Positions 10,393 to 19,475 of a stretch of 64,000 bases of DNA are shown one piece after another. Numbering within the stretch: the first letter of the stretch is position 1; the number at the start of each line of letters is the position of its first letter. A program made the position numbers and the translations under genes. The stretch covers positions 7,917-71,916 of the forward strand of contig JAYZTT010000001.1 of the NCBI GenBank assembly GCA_036125855.1, given 5' to 3'. The notes under the pieces are model-generated. The model was not told where the DNA came from and did not search any database. It was given only the letters and a program-made list of their open reading frames with translations. The stretch is from Planctomycetota bacterium (GTDB taxonomy: Bacteria; Planctomycetota; UBA8108; UBA1146).

Positions 10393-11034
10393 ATGTCTTT
10401 GGCTCTGGTGAACACCTCTGATCCCGCAACGTGGTTGCCGTGGATCGTTTTCCCACTGGTCGGGGCGTTGATCGGTTGGACCACCAACTGGTTGGCGGTC
10501 AAGATGTTGTTTCGGCCTCGAAAGCCTCGTGGTATCGGGCCACTGCGTTTCCAGGGTGTGGTGCCTCGTCGTCACAAGGACCTGGCCGACAACATCGCCG
10601 AAACGGTACAGGAAGAGCTGATCTCTGCCGAGGACATCGCGCAGCTGGTTCAAAAACTGGCCACCAGCGATGCCATCCGTTCCAGGCTCAAGAGTCGCAT
10701 CGACCAGTTGATCGAGGAGCAATTGCAGAGCTTCGGTCCGATGGTCGCCGCATTTCTACCCGCCGACCTGGTCGATAAGATCCGTACCCGCATCGAGAAG
10801 GAAGTGTTCTCGTTTGTCGAGGAACTGGGCGACGACCTGCAGGACACCCTCGGCCAGCAGCTCGATCTGAAACAGAAGGTGCGCGACCGCATCCTCGCCT
10901 TTGAACTCGATCAGATGGAGCGCCTGGTCCTACGAGTGGCTAAAAAAGAACTACGCCATATCGAACTTCTCGGTGGAGTACTCGGATTCATCGTTGGACT
11001 GGTCGAGGCGGGATTGTTGCAACTCTGGAACTAG
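10393..11034 (+). CDS. DUF445-family membrane protein
   Basis: WLPWIVFPLVGALIGWTTNWLAVKMLFRPRKPRGIGPLRFQGVVPRRHKDLADNIAETV is the characteristic DUF445 N-terminus. The ATG at 10393 is preferred over the upstream ORF start at 10279. Confidence 0.75.
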   Translation: MSLALVNTSDPATWLPWIVFPLVGALIGWTTNWLAVKMLFRPRKPRGIGPLRFQGVVPRRHKDLADNIAETVQEELISAEDIAQLVQKLATSDAIRSRLKSRIDQLIEEQLQSFGPMVAAFLPADLVDKIRTRIEKEVFSFVEELGDDLQDTLGQQLDLKQKVRDRILAFELDQMERLVLRVAKKELRHIELLGGVLGFIVGLVEAGLLQLWN

Positions 11035-11153
11035 TGACTTCCTCATTATGGACAGCACCGGGTCGCCACGACCAACTCCCGCCAGTCTTCGTTTTCGGAT
11101 ACAATTTGGATGCCCCGCAGCAGACTCGCCTGTGCACGCAAGAAGGAGCACCG

Positions 11154-11483
11154 ATGTCCGGTTTCTACTCCCATGACAAGTGGACCAGGATCCGTGAACG
11201 GGGCTATCTTCGATTTCTCATCTTCCGTTCCATTCCAATTTATGGTCTCCCCATCATTTTCGGAAGCCGACTGGTCAGAGATTTCTACAACGCAACCTTC
11301 AACGATATCCCACTGGATTGGGGAAAATTCTTTTCCATGCTGCCGGAACTGCTCGTCCTGGGAATCCTGCTAGGAATATTATTTGGTACCTTCGATTACA
11401 GTCGAATGGAACGGCTCTACTACAAAGAAGAACGAGAGAGCGAGAAGGCCAACTCGTCAGGAGAGATTCAAGACCTCATCTAG
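11154..11483 (+). CDS. Small hypothetical membrane protein (about 2 TM)
   Basis: ATG at 11154 preceded by AGAAGGAG. Hydrophobic segments FLIFRSIPIYGLPIIFG and LLVLGILLGILFGTF. No recognisable family. Confidence 0.5.
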   Translation: MSGFYSHDKWTRIRERGYLRFLIFRSIPIYGLPIIFGSRLVRDFYNATFNDIPLDWGKFFSMLPELLVLGILLGILFGTFDYSRMERLYYKEERESEKANSSGEIQDLI

Positions 11484-11499
11484 CTTCGCAAATCGTTCT

Positions 11500-11913
11500 T
11501 CAGAAACTCTTGAACACCTTGGCAATGCCGGGGCCTTCGACATGCATCTGGAACTCATTGAAGTAGCCCCACGGGGTGTGATGGATCTGGTAACCGACTG
11601 ACTCGAGGCGCTCGCCGACCTCGGTGATGATCTCCCTGGAGATTTCGGCATCGGCGCGTTGCTCGGCCAGGTGCGCAAAGGAGTGCAGCACCACCTGTTC
11701 GACCTCGACCTTTCGGGCATGCCACTTGAGATTCTTGATGGTCTTGCGCACGACGGTGGCACGGTCTTCGACGTCATGAGGTTCGACATGGAGCCAGGCG
11801 AGCACCGCCCCACCGGAGACGGTCTCCTCATCTTCTCGTTCCTGTTCCGTCTCCAGATTGCGCGTATGGGTCCGAAACCAGAATTCCCGGACATGCAGCA
11901 TCAGCATCTTCAT
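11500..11913 (-). CDS. Stand-alone homologue of the archaeal-type threonyl-tRNA synthetase editing domain (tRNA-Thr-ED / DTD-like fold)
   Basis: [13 protein letters not shown]..., [10 protein letters not shown] and [25 protein letters not shown] align by eye with the Pyrococcus ThrRS N-terminal editing domain ([10 protein letters not shown]..., [32 protein letters not shown]). Confidence 0.65.
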   Translation of the reverse strand: [137 protein letters not shown]

Positions 11914-12059
11914 GGCGAAATCTTGCCTCCAGAGCCCTCTCACGTCCAGATCCGGCCATCAGAATACTGGTTAGAGTTTAGCCATATCTGGTAAATCACT
12001 CCCGGAACCGATACCATGTGGATAGAACCTAGCCACTTTTCGTCCCAGAAAGAGGTTTC

Positions 12060-15000
12060 GTGCCGAGTCCGACCCCCGATGCGCTGCTCAATCACCGCTA
12101 CCGTCTCGATGTACAGATCGGGCGCGGAGGGATGGGTGATGTGTGGCGGGCCCGCGATGAGGCCAGAGATGGTTCTCCGGTGGCGGTCAAGATGATGCCG
12201 GAGGGTCTCGATGAGACCGATCGTCGGCGCTTCGAACGAGAAGTCCGGGTCCTCCAGGAAATCTCCCACGCCCATGTCGTTCCCCTGCTCGATGTCGGCT
12301 GGAGCGGCGATGCACTGTTCTATGTGATGGAGTATGTCAGTCCACTTTCTCTGGAAGATGTCCTGCAGGCTCATCCAGGCGGCCTGCCGGCAAAACACTG
12401 GAAGTGGTTGATCGAAAGAGCCGCAGAAATTCTGGATGCCCTGTCCCATCTCCATCACAAGCGCCTGGTGCACCGCGATGTAAAACCGAGCAACATCTTG
12501 CTGCGGTTTGCCGATCAGACCGCCACCGATGGCGGTGACTGGCCCCATCTGGATGAGAGCAGTGCACTTCTGGCCGACCTCGGATTGGTGGCTCGGGCCG
12601 ATGCACAGAGTGCCCTGACCCAGAGTGCGCTGGGTACCCCCCAGTACATGGCACCAGAACAAATTGAAAGCCCGACCGCTGTCGATGAACGAAGCGACCT
12701 GTGGTCGGTGGGTGTGCTGCTGTACCGAGGTCTTGCCGGCCGACTGCCCTACACACGCCTCAGTGATGCGCTGTCCAGGAAAGATCCTGAACCCCTGAAA
12801 AACGTGCCAGATGTGATCCGGGATGCGATCGCATCGCTGATGCAATTCGAACCCCATCGACGGCCCCCGGATGCCAACCATGCCGCTTCCCTGTTACGGG
12901 GAGCCATCGAAACCGGACCGGGAACGATTCCCGCCATCCGTACCTCGCGCCGTGCCATGCCCGCCTTCACCGGTAGAGACTCAGCACGGCATACGATGCT
13001 GGAAGCGGCGCGACAGGCCGCTCGGGGTGAAGGTTGCTGGGTCCATCTCGAAGGAGAACGAGGCCACGGCAAGACCTGGTTGGTGAGTCGCTCTGATTTC
13101 CGCTCCCGGGCCCTGGTCGAGGAACAACTGCAACACTACAGCGCTCCCTTCGACGGAAGAGAACCCCACTCTGGATTCCGATTGCTGCTACATCAGGTGT
13201 TGAGTCACATCGAAAGAAACAGCGGTCCACAGCATGCCGTCGAAGCCCTCGGTCGCTGGGGTGCCCACCTGGCCACCGCATTTCCAAGGCTTTGTGGTCA
13301 GGGCTGGATCGAAGGTTGTCCGGCCATCGAGGATTCACCACCTCCCGAGATCATCCAGGAACGGGTTTTCGAATCGGTGGTTCAGGCTCTATGCGCCGAT
13401 GCAGAAGTGGAGCCGCGTACCCTGGTACTGGAAGATCTTCATTACTGCGACGAGTTTGACATCGAACTTCTTCGTCGATTGATCCTCTCTTCGATGGAAC
13501 TTCCGGTGCTGGTCCTCACGACCGGTCGCCCCATCGCCTCGGTACGCCTCCAGAACCTGGCAAGACTACGCAATGAAATTGAAGTGGAAGATCGCTTCCG
13601 ACTGGTTCCGGTCGAACCGTTCGAAATTTCTGAGAGCGTAGATTTACTTCGGTCGATGTTGATTCCGGATGTACCCCTGACCGAAGAACTGTCGCAAGCT
13701 CTGCACCAGAGAAGTAATGGTGTCCCGCTGATTCTGGTGCAACTTCTCGGTTCCCTGTGGAGTCGCGATGCGATCCAGTTTAAATCGGGAAAATGGACCA
13801 CCGAAGATGAAGGACTCGCCGATTTACCGGTACCAGAAGCAGCCAGGAGCCACTTCCTTCAACTGCTGGAGGAACTGACAGCACCCCAGCGAAGAGTTCT
13901 CGACGTCGCTTCCGTGATGACCGGCCTGGTTGATTTTGATGTCTTGCTGGAAGCCAGTGGAATCGACGAATTTGAACTCGATGGACACGCTCGGATCCTG
14001 GTTCGCAATGGCATCCTCCAGGAGGAACAGGGCGGATACCGCTGGGGGCACAGCTGGGAACAGGAAACGGTAAGAGCGGAACTGACTCAACCGATGCTGC
14101 GCCGGCTCAATCTGCGGCTCGGAAAAATCCTGGAGCAACGATATTCCGCGGAAGAAGCACCGGTTCAGGCGATCGCCGAACACTTCTCCCTCGGCGGCGA
14201 CCAGGAAAAGGGACTGCAGTGGTTGCTCAAGGCTGCTGATCGGGCGGAAGCGGCCTGGGCTCATGATCGTGCACTTGAGCTGTGCGAACGGGCACTGACC
14301 AGCGCGCCCGATGACGATGCCCGGCGTGAACTACTGGGCCGCATCGGTGATCTCCGCCTGCGCACCGGTGATCCGGCGGGCGGCAGGCAGGCCTTCACCC
14401 AGGCGATGGGATTATGGACCGCCATCGAAGGACGACTCCTTGCCGACTCGGAAAAGACCTCCGATGAGGAACTGGGACGATACACCTCTCTCGTACAGCG
14501 TATCGGAGAGGCACAGATGCACGCCGGCGAGTACCAGGATGCGCTGGCGAACTTCCACAAAGCGCACAATCTTGCCGAGGCCGCACAGATGCCTCATCTG
14601 ATGGCTCTTTCCCTGTGTCGACAGGGCGCTGTCCACGCCTTCGCCGATGATCTGACCGCCGCAAAAGCAGCCTACGAGGGAGCGGTCGATCTCTGTCAGA
14701 AAAATACCGATCTCGATCATCCGCATGTGGTGGCGCTCATCGGTCTTGCTTCCATCGATCGGCGAATGGGAATGCTAGAAAGTGCTCTCTCTCGCTGCGA
14801 TAAAGCACTCCCGCGCGCAGAGAAGATCGACAATCCGATGCAACTGGCGGGACTGTGGGGACAGCGGGGAACTCTGTTTCAAAACCTGGGGCGCACCGAG
14901 GAGGCGATCAATGCCTACGATAAATCTCGTTCCCTGCGCCAGGAATCTGGAGATCGGCGGGGGCTCGCCATCACCATGATGAATCTGGGACGAATTCTGG

Positions 15001-15851
15001 TCAACATCGGTGACGTCCAGCGCGGCCAGGAGGAACTGGAGCGGTCACTGGAACTGTTCCGCGAAACAGGAGATTTGCAGGGACGGGTCCTGACACTCGG
15101 TAATCTCGGTAGTCTGCGCTTCCATCGAGGGGACCATAAATCAGCGCGTGAGATCCTGCTTGAATACCTGGAAATCTCGCGCGGTCATTCTCTCAAACGA
15201 CCGGAAGCCGATGCCCTGATCAGCCTCGGCATGCTCGAACTGGAACGACATCAGATCGATGACGCCAGTACTTACCTGCAACAAGGGCTCGAGGCGTTTC
15301 AGGCGGCGGGCGATTTACAGGGAACCCTCCACGCACAGGTCCAGGAGTCGCGTGCCGCCGGTCGACGAGGCGATCCAGAAATCGCCCTGAAGGTGGCACA
15401 GGAAGTGGCCAAGGAAGCTCGAGCAGCAAAGGGTATTCCGATCCTGGTCGAGGCTTTACGGATCCAATCAGAAGCTCTCCGGGACCTCAATCAACTCGAA
15501 GAAGCCCTCTCGAAAATCGAAGAGGCTCTGGAGTTGTGTCGAGATCAACGGCTCCCCTATGCAGAGGGTTGCTGCTGGCGAACTCTTGGAAAAGTTCAGA
15601 GAGACCGAGGATTCGAATGGGCCGACCGCGCAGGGGTCGCCTTCGAGAAGGCAGAAAAGGTATTTGAAGCCAACGGTGCTCGACACGCCCTGGCGGTCAC
15701 CCGAAGAGAGTTCGCCTCGTTCCTGCTGCTGGTCGAGGAGCCTCAACTGGCGTTGGAGCAGCTTCAGAGTGCCCTCACCATCTTTGATGAGCTGGATTGT
15801 TCTGAAGAGAAGAAACTGACGGAAAACATCCGAGAGAGCATTGAACAGTAG
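12060..15851 (+). CDS. Ser/Thr protein kinase fused to a P-loop AAA/STAND-type ATPase and a long TPR array (PknK-like architecture)
   Basis: Kinase motifs IGRGGMGDVW, VAVKMM, HRDVKPSNILL, DLGLVA and GTPQYMAPEQ. P-loop GERGHGKTW. More than 500 aa of TPR-like repeats. GTG start. Confidence 0.9.
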   Translation: MPSPTPDALLNHRYRLDVQIGRGGMGDVWRARDEARDGSPVAVKMMPEGLDETDRRRFEREVRVLQEISHAHVVPLLDVGWSGDALFYVMEYVSPLSLEDVLQAHPGGLPAKHWKWLIERAAEILDALSHLHHKRLVHRDVKPSNILLRFADQTATDGGDWPHLDESSALLADLGLVARADAQSALTQSALGTPQYMAPEQIESPTAVDERSDLWSVGVLLYRGLAGRLPYTRLSDALSRKDPEPLKNVPDVIRDAIASLMQFEPHRRPPDANHAASLLRGAIETGPGTIPAIRTSRRAMPAFTGRDSARHTMLEAARQAARGEGCWVHLEGERGHGKTWLVSRSDFRSRALVEEQLQHYSAPFDGREPHSGFRLLLHQVLSHIERNSGPQHAVEALGRWGAHLATAFPRLCGQGWIEGCPAIEDSPPPEIIQERVFESVVQALCADAEVEPRTLVLEDLHYCDEFDIELLRRLILSSMELPVLVLTTGRPIASVRLQNLARLRNEIEVEDRFRLVPVEPFEISESVDLLRSMLIPDVPLTEELSQALHQRSNGVPLILVQLLGSLWSRDAIQFKSGKWTTEDEGLADLPVPEAARSHFLQLLEELTAPQRRVLDVASVMTGLVDFDVLLEASGIDEFELDGHARILVRNGILQEEQGGYRWGHSWEQETVRAELTQPMLRRLNLRLGKILEQRYSAEEAPVQAIAEHFSLGGDQEKGLQWLLKAADRAEAAWAHDRALELCERALTSAPDDDARRELLGRIGDLRLRTGDPAGGRQAFTQAMGLWTAIEGRLLADSEKTSDEELGRYTSLVQRIGEAQMHAGEYQDALANFHKAHNLAEAAQMPHLMALSLCRQGAVHAFADDLTAAKAAYEGAVDLCQKNTDLDHPHVVALIGLASIDRRMGMLESALSRCDKALPRAEKIDNPMQLAGLWGQRGTLFQNLGRTEEAINAYDKSRSLRQESGDRRGLAITMMNLGRILVNIGDVQRGQEELERSLELFRETGDLQGRVLTLGNLGSLRFHRGDHKSAREILLEYLEISRGHSLKRPEADALISLGMLELERHQIDDASTYLQQGLEAFQAAGDLQGTLHAQVQESRAAGRRGDPEIALKVAQEVAKEARAAKGIPILVEALRIQSEALRDLNQLEEALSKIEEALELCRDQRLPYAEGCCWRTLGKVQRDRGFEWADRAGVAFEKAEKVFEANGARHALAVTRREFASFLLLVEEPQLALEQLQSALTIFDELDCSEEKKLTENIRESIEQ

Positions 15852-15860
15852 GAGATCACG

Positions 15861-17606
15861 ATGGAGAAACTAGACTACAGGGTACGAGCGGTACTGGCTC
15901 GCATTCGAAGTACTCTGGATCGTTTCAGCCTCAGGCTGGAGGTCGACTGGAACTACGATGTTCAACAAGTGCTCGAAGAAATTCTGGCTCTTGCCGTCGG
16001 CGAACTGGAGTTTGGTGACGGTAGTCCGGTCGACCGAGCGCTACTGATCACACAGGACTTGCAGGGAGGAAGACTGGAAACAGGTGCCGGCTGGAGCTCG
16101 CAGGATGATGATCGCACCTTCAGTCGCACCATCGTCGAGGAAACGATCCGGGGCGGGGTTCCGGTTCTGTGTGGAGATGCACTGGATGATGATCGCTTCC
16201 GATCTTCCGAGAGTCTCAGTGGGTTCGATGTGCTGACGCTGCTTTCTGTCCCGCTGAAGGCCGGAGACGAAGTGATCGGTGCTCTCTACATTGAACGGCG
16301 CGATGCTCGCCATCTGTTTGGTGAACGTGATCAACTCTTCGCTGAAGCCCTCGCTGAAACGATCTCACCGCTGATTCGTACCGCAGTGATCCATCAGAAT
16401 CACGTCAGGGAACTTCGCGATCTGCGATCCCGTAACGAAACCTCTTCGCGAATGGGACGGATCATCGGACAATCCAGTTCACTGATTCGTACCCTCGATC
16501 TGGCGAAAACCGCAGCAGGTCTTGATCGAACCGTTTTGATCACCGGAGAATCTGGGGTCGGCAAGGAACTGCTGGCCAGAGCGATTCATGATCAATCGCA
16601 CCGGGCACAGAAACCATTCGTCGTGGTCGATTGCTCGGGGCTCTCGGAAACACTGCTGGAAAGTGAGCTGTTTGGTCACGTCAAGGGAGCGTTCACCGGA
16701 GCCAGTTCCGACAAGATCGGCGCTTTCGAGGCTGCTGATGGTGGCACAGTATTCCTCGACGAAATCAGCGATGCCACTTCCCCGATGCAGCAACTCCTGA
16801 GGAGAGTTCTGCAGGAGGGAGAGGTCCGCAAAGTTGGTGATCGTCAGTGGCACAAGGTCGATGTCCGGGTCCTCTGCGCCACAAACCGTGACCTGACCAT
16901 CGAGGTGGAAGAAGGGCGTTTCCTCCACGACCTCTATCACAGGATGCACGAGTTTCCGCTGCGACTTCCACCATTGAGGGAACGGCGCGAGGACATTCCG
17001 CTCCTGGCCGAGAACTTTGTGGCGCAGTTTGGTGAAACAAAAAATCCACCGATCCTTTCCATCTCCCCCGATGCCCTGGCCATACTGGCTGCTCGAGAGT
17101 GGCGCGCGAATAATGTCAGAGAACTGAGAAATGTGATCCGTCTCTGCGTCGATCTCGCACCGGGCCCGGTGGTCGATACCGAGGTGCTCTCCCGTGTCTT
17201 TGATGTACGTGGAGAATCCCAGGGTGAAACGCAGTCGATTCCAGAAGTGACCTTCGCCAGCGGTTCCCTGGTCAAGCTCGATCGAGCGGGATTCGCCGAC
17301 CTGATCCGATCAACCCCGGAGCAAGCGAAGAAGGACGAACGTCCCTGGGCGATGCTCCAGAAGGAGTTTGGTGGCACCCTGATCACCGAGACGTTGCGAC
17401 AGACCCGCTGGAAACTACGACCTGCAGCAAGGATTCTCGGCATTTCGCCGGTCAAGCTGCGGCAAGATTTCCGCTCATGGATCGAATACTTGCTCTATGA
17501 GAATCAAGGCGATCAGGCGCAGGTGGCCTCCCGACTCGACATGCCAGAGGCTATCCTGGTCAAGAAGCTCGATGATCTGGGATTTGATGACCAGGACCCT
17601 GTGTAG
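15861..17606 (+). CDS. Sigma-54-dependent transcriptional activator (GAF sensor + AAA+ + Fis-type HTH)
   Basis: Walker A GESGVGKELLARAIH, sigma-54 contact loop GHVKGAFTGA, Walker B GGTVFLDEI, NVRELRN, and a C-terminal HTH (AARILGISPVKLRQ). AGGAGA RBS. Starts 9 nt after the kinase stop. Confidence 0.9.
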   Translation: MEKLDYRVRAVLARIRSTLDRFSLRLEVDWNYDVQQVLEEILALAVGELEFGDGSPVDRALLITQDLQGGRLETGAGWSSQDDDRTFSRTIVEETIRGGVPVLCGDALDDDRFRSSESLSGFDVLTLLSVPLKAGDEVIGALYIERRDARHLFGERDQLFAEALAETISPLIRTAVIHQNHVRELRDLRSRNETSSRMGRIIGQSSSLIRTLDLAKTAAGLDRTVLITGESGVGKELLARAIHDQSHRAQKPFVVVDCSGLSETLLESELFGHVKGAFTGASSDKIGAFEAADGGTVFLDEISDATSPMQQLLRRVLQEGEVRKVGDRQWHKVDVRVLCATNRDLTIEVEEGRFLHDLYHRMHEFPLRLPPLRERREDIPLLAENFVAQFGETKNPPILSISPDALAILAAREWRANNVRELRNVIRLCVDLAPGPVVDTEVLSRVFDVRGESQGETQSIPEVTFASGSLVKLDRAGFADLIRSTPEQAKKDERPWAMLQKEFGGTLITETLRQTRWKLRPAARILGISPVKLRQDFRSWIEYLLYENQGDQAQVASRLDMPEAILVKKLDDLGFDDQDPV

Positions 17607-17617
17607 AGGAGACTGAA

Positions 17618-17908
17618 TTGAAAGTCGGAATCATCCGAGCCGAGTTACAGGTACCCGGTTCTCGTTCGCTCAAGGAAAAAAGGCATGCCATCCGAAGCCT
17701 CAAGGATCGCCTGCACTCCACCTTCCGGGTGTCAGTGGCGGAAGTCGATCACCAGGACATGCTCCAGAGTGCAGCCCTGGGTGTCGCCTTCGTCGCTTCC
17801 GATGGCAAGAACGCAGAATCCAGGATGACCAAGCTGGTCGATTTTATCGAAAACTTCACCGGCGCCGTCGTGCTGTCCATCGATAAGGAAATCCTGCACG
17901 AACAGTGA
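17618..17908 (+). CDS. DUF503 (YlxP-like) family protein
   Basis: MKVGIIRAELQVPGSRSLKEKRHAIRSLKDRL... is the typical DUF503 N-terminus. TTG start with GAGGAG RBS. Confidence 0.75.
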   Translation: MKVGIIRAELQVPGSRSLKEKRHAIRSLKDRLHSTFRVSVAEVDHQDMLQSAALGVAFVASDGKNAESRMTKLVDFIENFTGAVVLSIDKEILHEQ

Positions 17909-17953
17909 TACAACTGGGTAGCAGTTCCCGAGCAGCAGACCCGGAGGAGGCAA

Positions 17954-19468
17954 ATGTTGAAGATCGAAGCGATGGGTCACTCCACGTTCCTGGCCACTCT
18001 CACGAGGGAAGATGGAAGCGACTTTCGTCTGCTGGCGGATCCGTGGCTCGATGATCATGTGATCGGAGATGTCGGAGGCCGCTTCCCGCGGGTTCGTGCC
18101 GACTGGTCACAGATCGGCTCCATCGATGCCATCTGGATCTCCCACTCTCACACCGATCACCTGTGCCCCTATTCTCTGCTGGATCTCCACCGGCAGCTCG
18201 AGAATTCCCCCGCGCTGCTGATCCCCTCGAGCCTCGCCTACCTGGAACAGATCTTCACCGAGTTTCTACCGGGCTGGCCCGTCACCGTCATCGAACAGGA
18301 TACTGCTGTCGATCTTGGCGGAATCCGTGCTCGTGCCTTCTTCAATCTCCGGCAACAGGCCACCAACGAAGATGATTGCATGATCTTGCTGCTCGATAAT
18401 GGCCGCGAGGCAATCCTCTCCGAAGCAGATGCCGTGTTGCCGCTGGAAGAACCTGAAATACGAGAGCTGATTGGCGGAATGCTACTCGATGCCGGTCCCG
18501 ACCAGCGGGTGTTCCTGACCACCCGTAACGAACTGGAAGCCACGATGGCCAGTGTCGATGCACCCGATCGAGAATCACGTCTGCAAGTGGTTTCCGAGCA
18601 GCGAAATGAGACGACGCAACTGGCAGAGGCTGAAATCATTCCCAATGGTGCCGAATCATGCCCGTGGCAAGCTGAAGGCACCGTGCGCATCGTCATCGGT
18701 CAGGGCATCACGCTACCCCATACCCTTCCAGCAGAGACTTTTAGCGCCTGGAATCGCGTGATGTTTCCGATCCGCCTGGAGGATCGAGTTCGTATCGAAC
18801 AGCAAGCGGCACTGCGCGAAGGCCTACCGTTGCAAATTCTGGCATTACACGGCGGAGAGTGTGTCGTCGTTGAGCAGGGAACCGCTCAACTAGCGGGGCA
18901 AATTGCCGGATTGGAGATTCTCGATCAGGAACCGCAACGCTTCTTCGATGGCGATACCGAGATCTACGCCGATTTCCCGGTGGCACCGTTGCGAAATGAA
19001 TCCCGAGAACCGGAAGCTCAACACCAGCAAGTACTCCATTATCTACAACAGCGCTATCTGCCCTACCTGATCGGACAGAGGCAACCCGCCATCGAGCACC
19101 GAATCTCTCACTACGGCGGAAGCTATCGAGTGAGAGTCCGCTACGGCACTGTCGATTCGTGGACTCCCAGAGATTACGTCATCGGATTTGAAAATCTCCG
19201 ATTTGTCGAAGGAGTAGTTGAGGGTGACGCCCAGGAAGAGTACTGGGCCAATGACCTCGACGATTATTTCCAGGGAGTTGCCGACGACTTCACGACTTTT
19301 TGTCGTACCTTCCCCGGCGGCGACAATCATGAGTTCTGGGATTGTTTAGGGATGCCATTTTTGAATGACGATCTGGTCGCAAAGAAAATCCGGTATCACT
19401 TCCAACGAGCTCGAGCTGGTGAAAGTGCAGAGTCGTTCATCGCTCCACTCTGGGATTTCACTCACTAG
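17954..19468 (+). CDS. Metallo-beta-lactamase-fold protein with a roughly 250-aa C-terminal extension of unknown function
   Basis: IWISHSHTDHLCPYS (HxHxDH motif). GGAGGAGG RBS. Confidence 0.75.
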   Translation: MLKIEAMGHSTFLATLTREDGSDFRLLADPWLDDHVIGDVGGRFPRVRADWSQIGSIDAIWISHSHTDHLCPYSLLDLHRQLENSPALLIPSSLAYLEQIFTEFLPGWPVTVIEQDTAVDLGGIRARAFFNLRQQATNEDDCMILLLDNGREAILSEADAVLPLEEPEIRELIGGMLLDAGPDQRVFLTTRNELEATMASVDAPDRESRLQVVSEQRNETTQLAEAEIIPNGAESCPWQAEGTVRIVIGQGITLPHTLPAETFSAWNRVMFPIRLEDRVRIEQQAALREGLPLQILALHGGECVVVEQGTAQLAGQIAGLEILDQEPQRFFDGDTEIYADFPVAPLRNESREPEAQHQQVLHYLQQRYLPYLIGQRQPAIEHRISHYGGSYRVRVRYGTVDSWTPRDYVIGFENLRFVEGVVEGDAQEEYWANDLDDYFQGVADDFTTFCRTFPGGDNHEFWDCLGMPFLNDDLVAKKIRYHFQRARAGESAESFIAPLWDFTH

Positions 19469-19475
19469 AGTAACC

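Noticed and set aside
11940-12881. 313-aa minus-strand ORF
   Set aside because: It is entirely antisense to the N-terminal kinase domain of the 1,263-aa gene, which has unmistakable Hanks motifs. Its sequence is non-protein-like (rich in His/Gln/Gly/Cys). This is a typical shadow ORF in GC-rich DNA.
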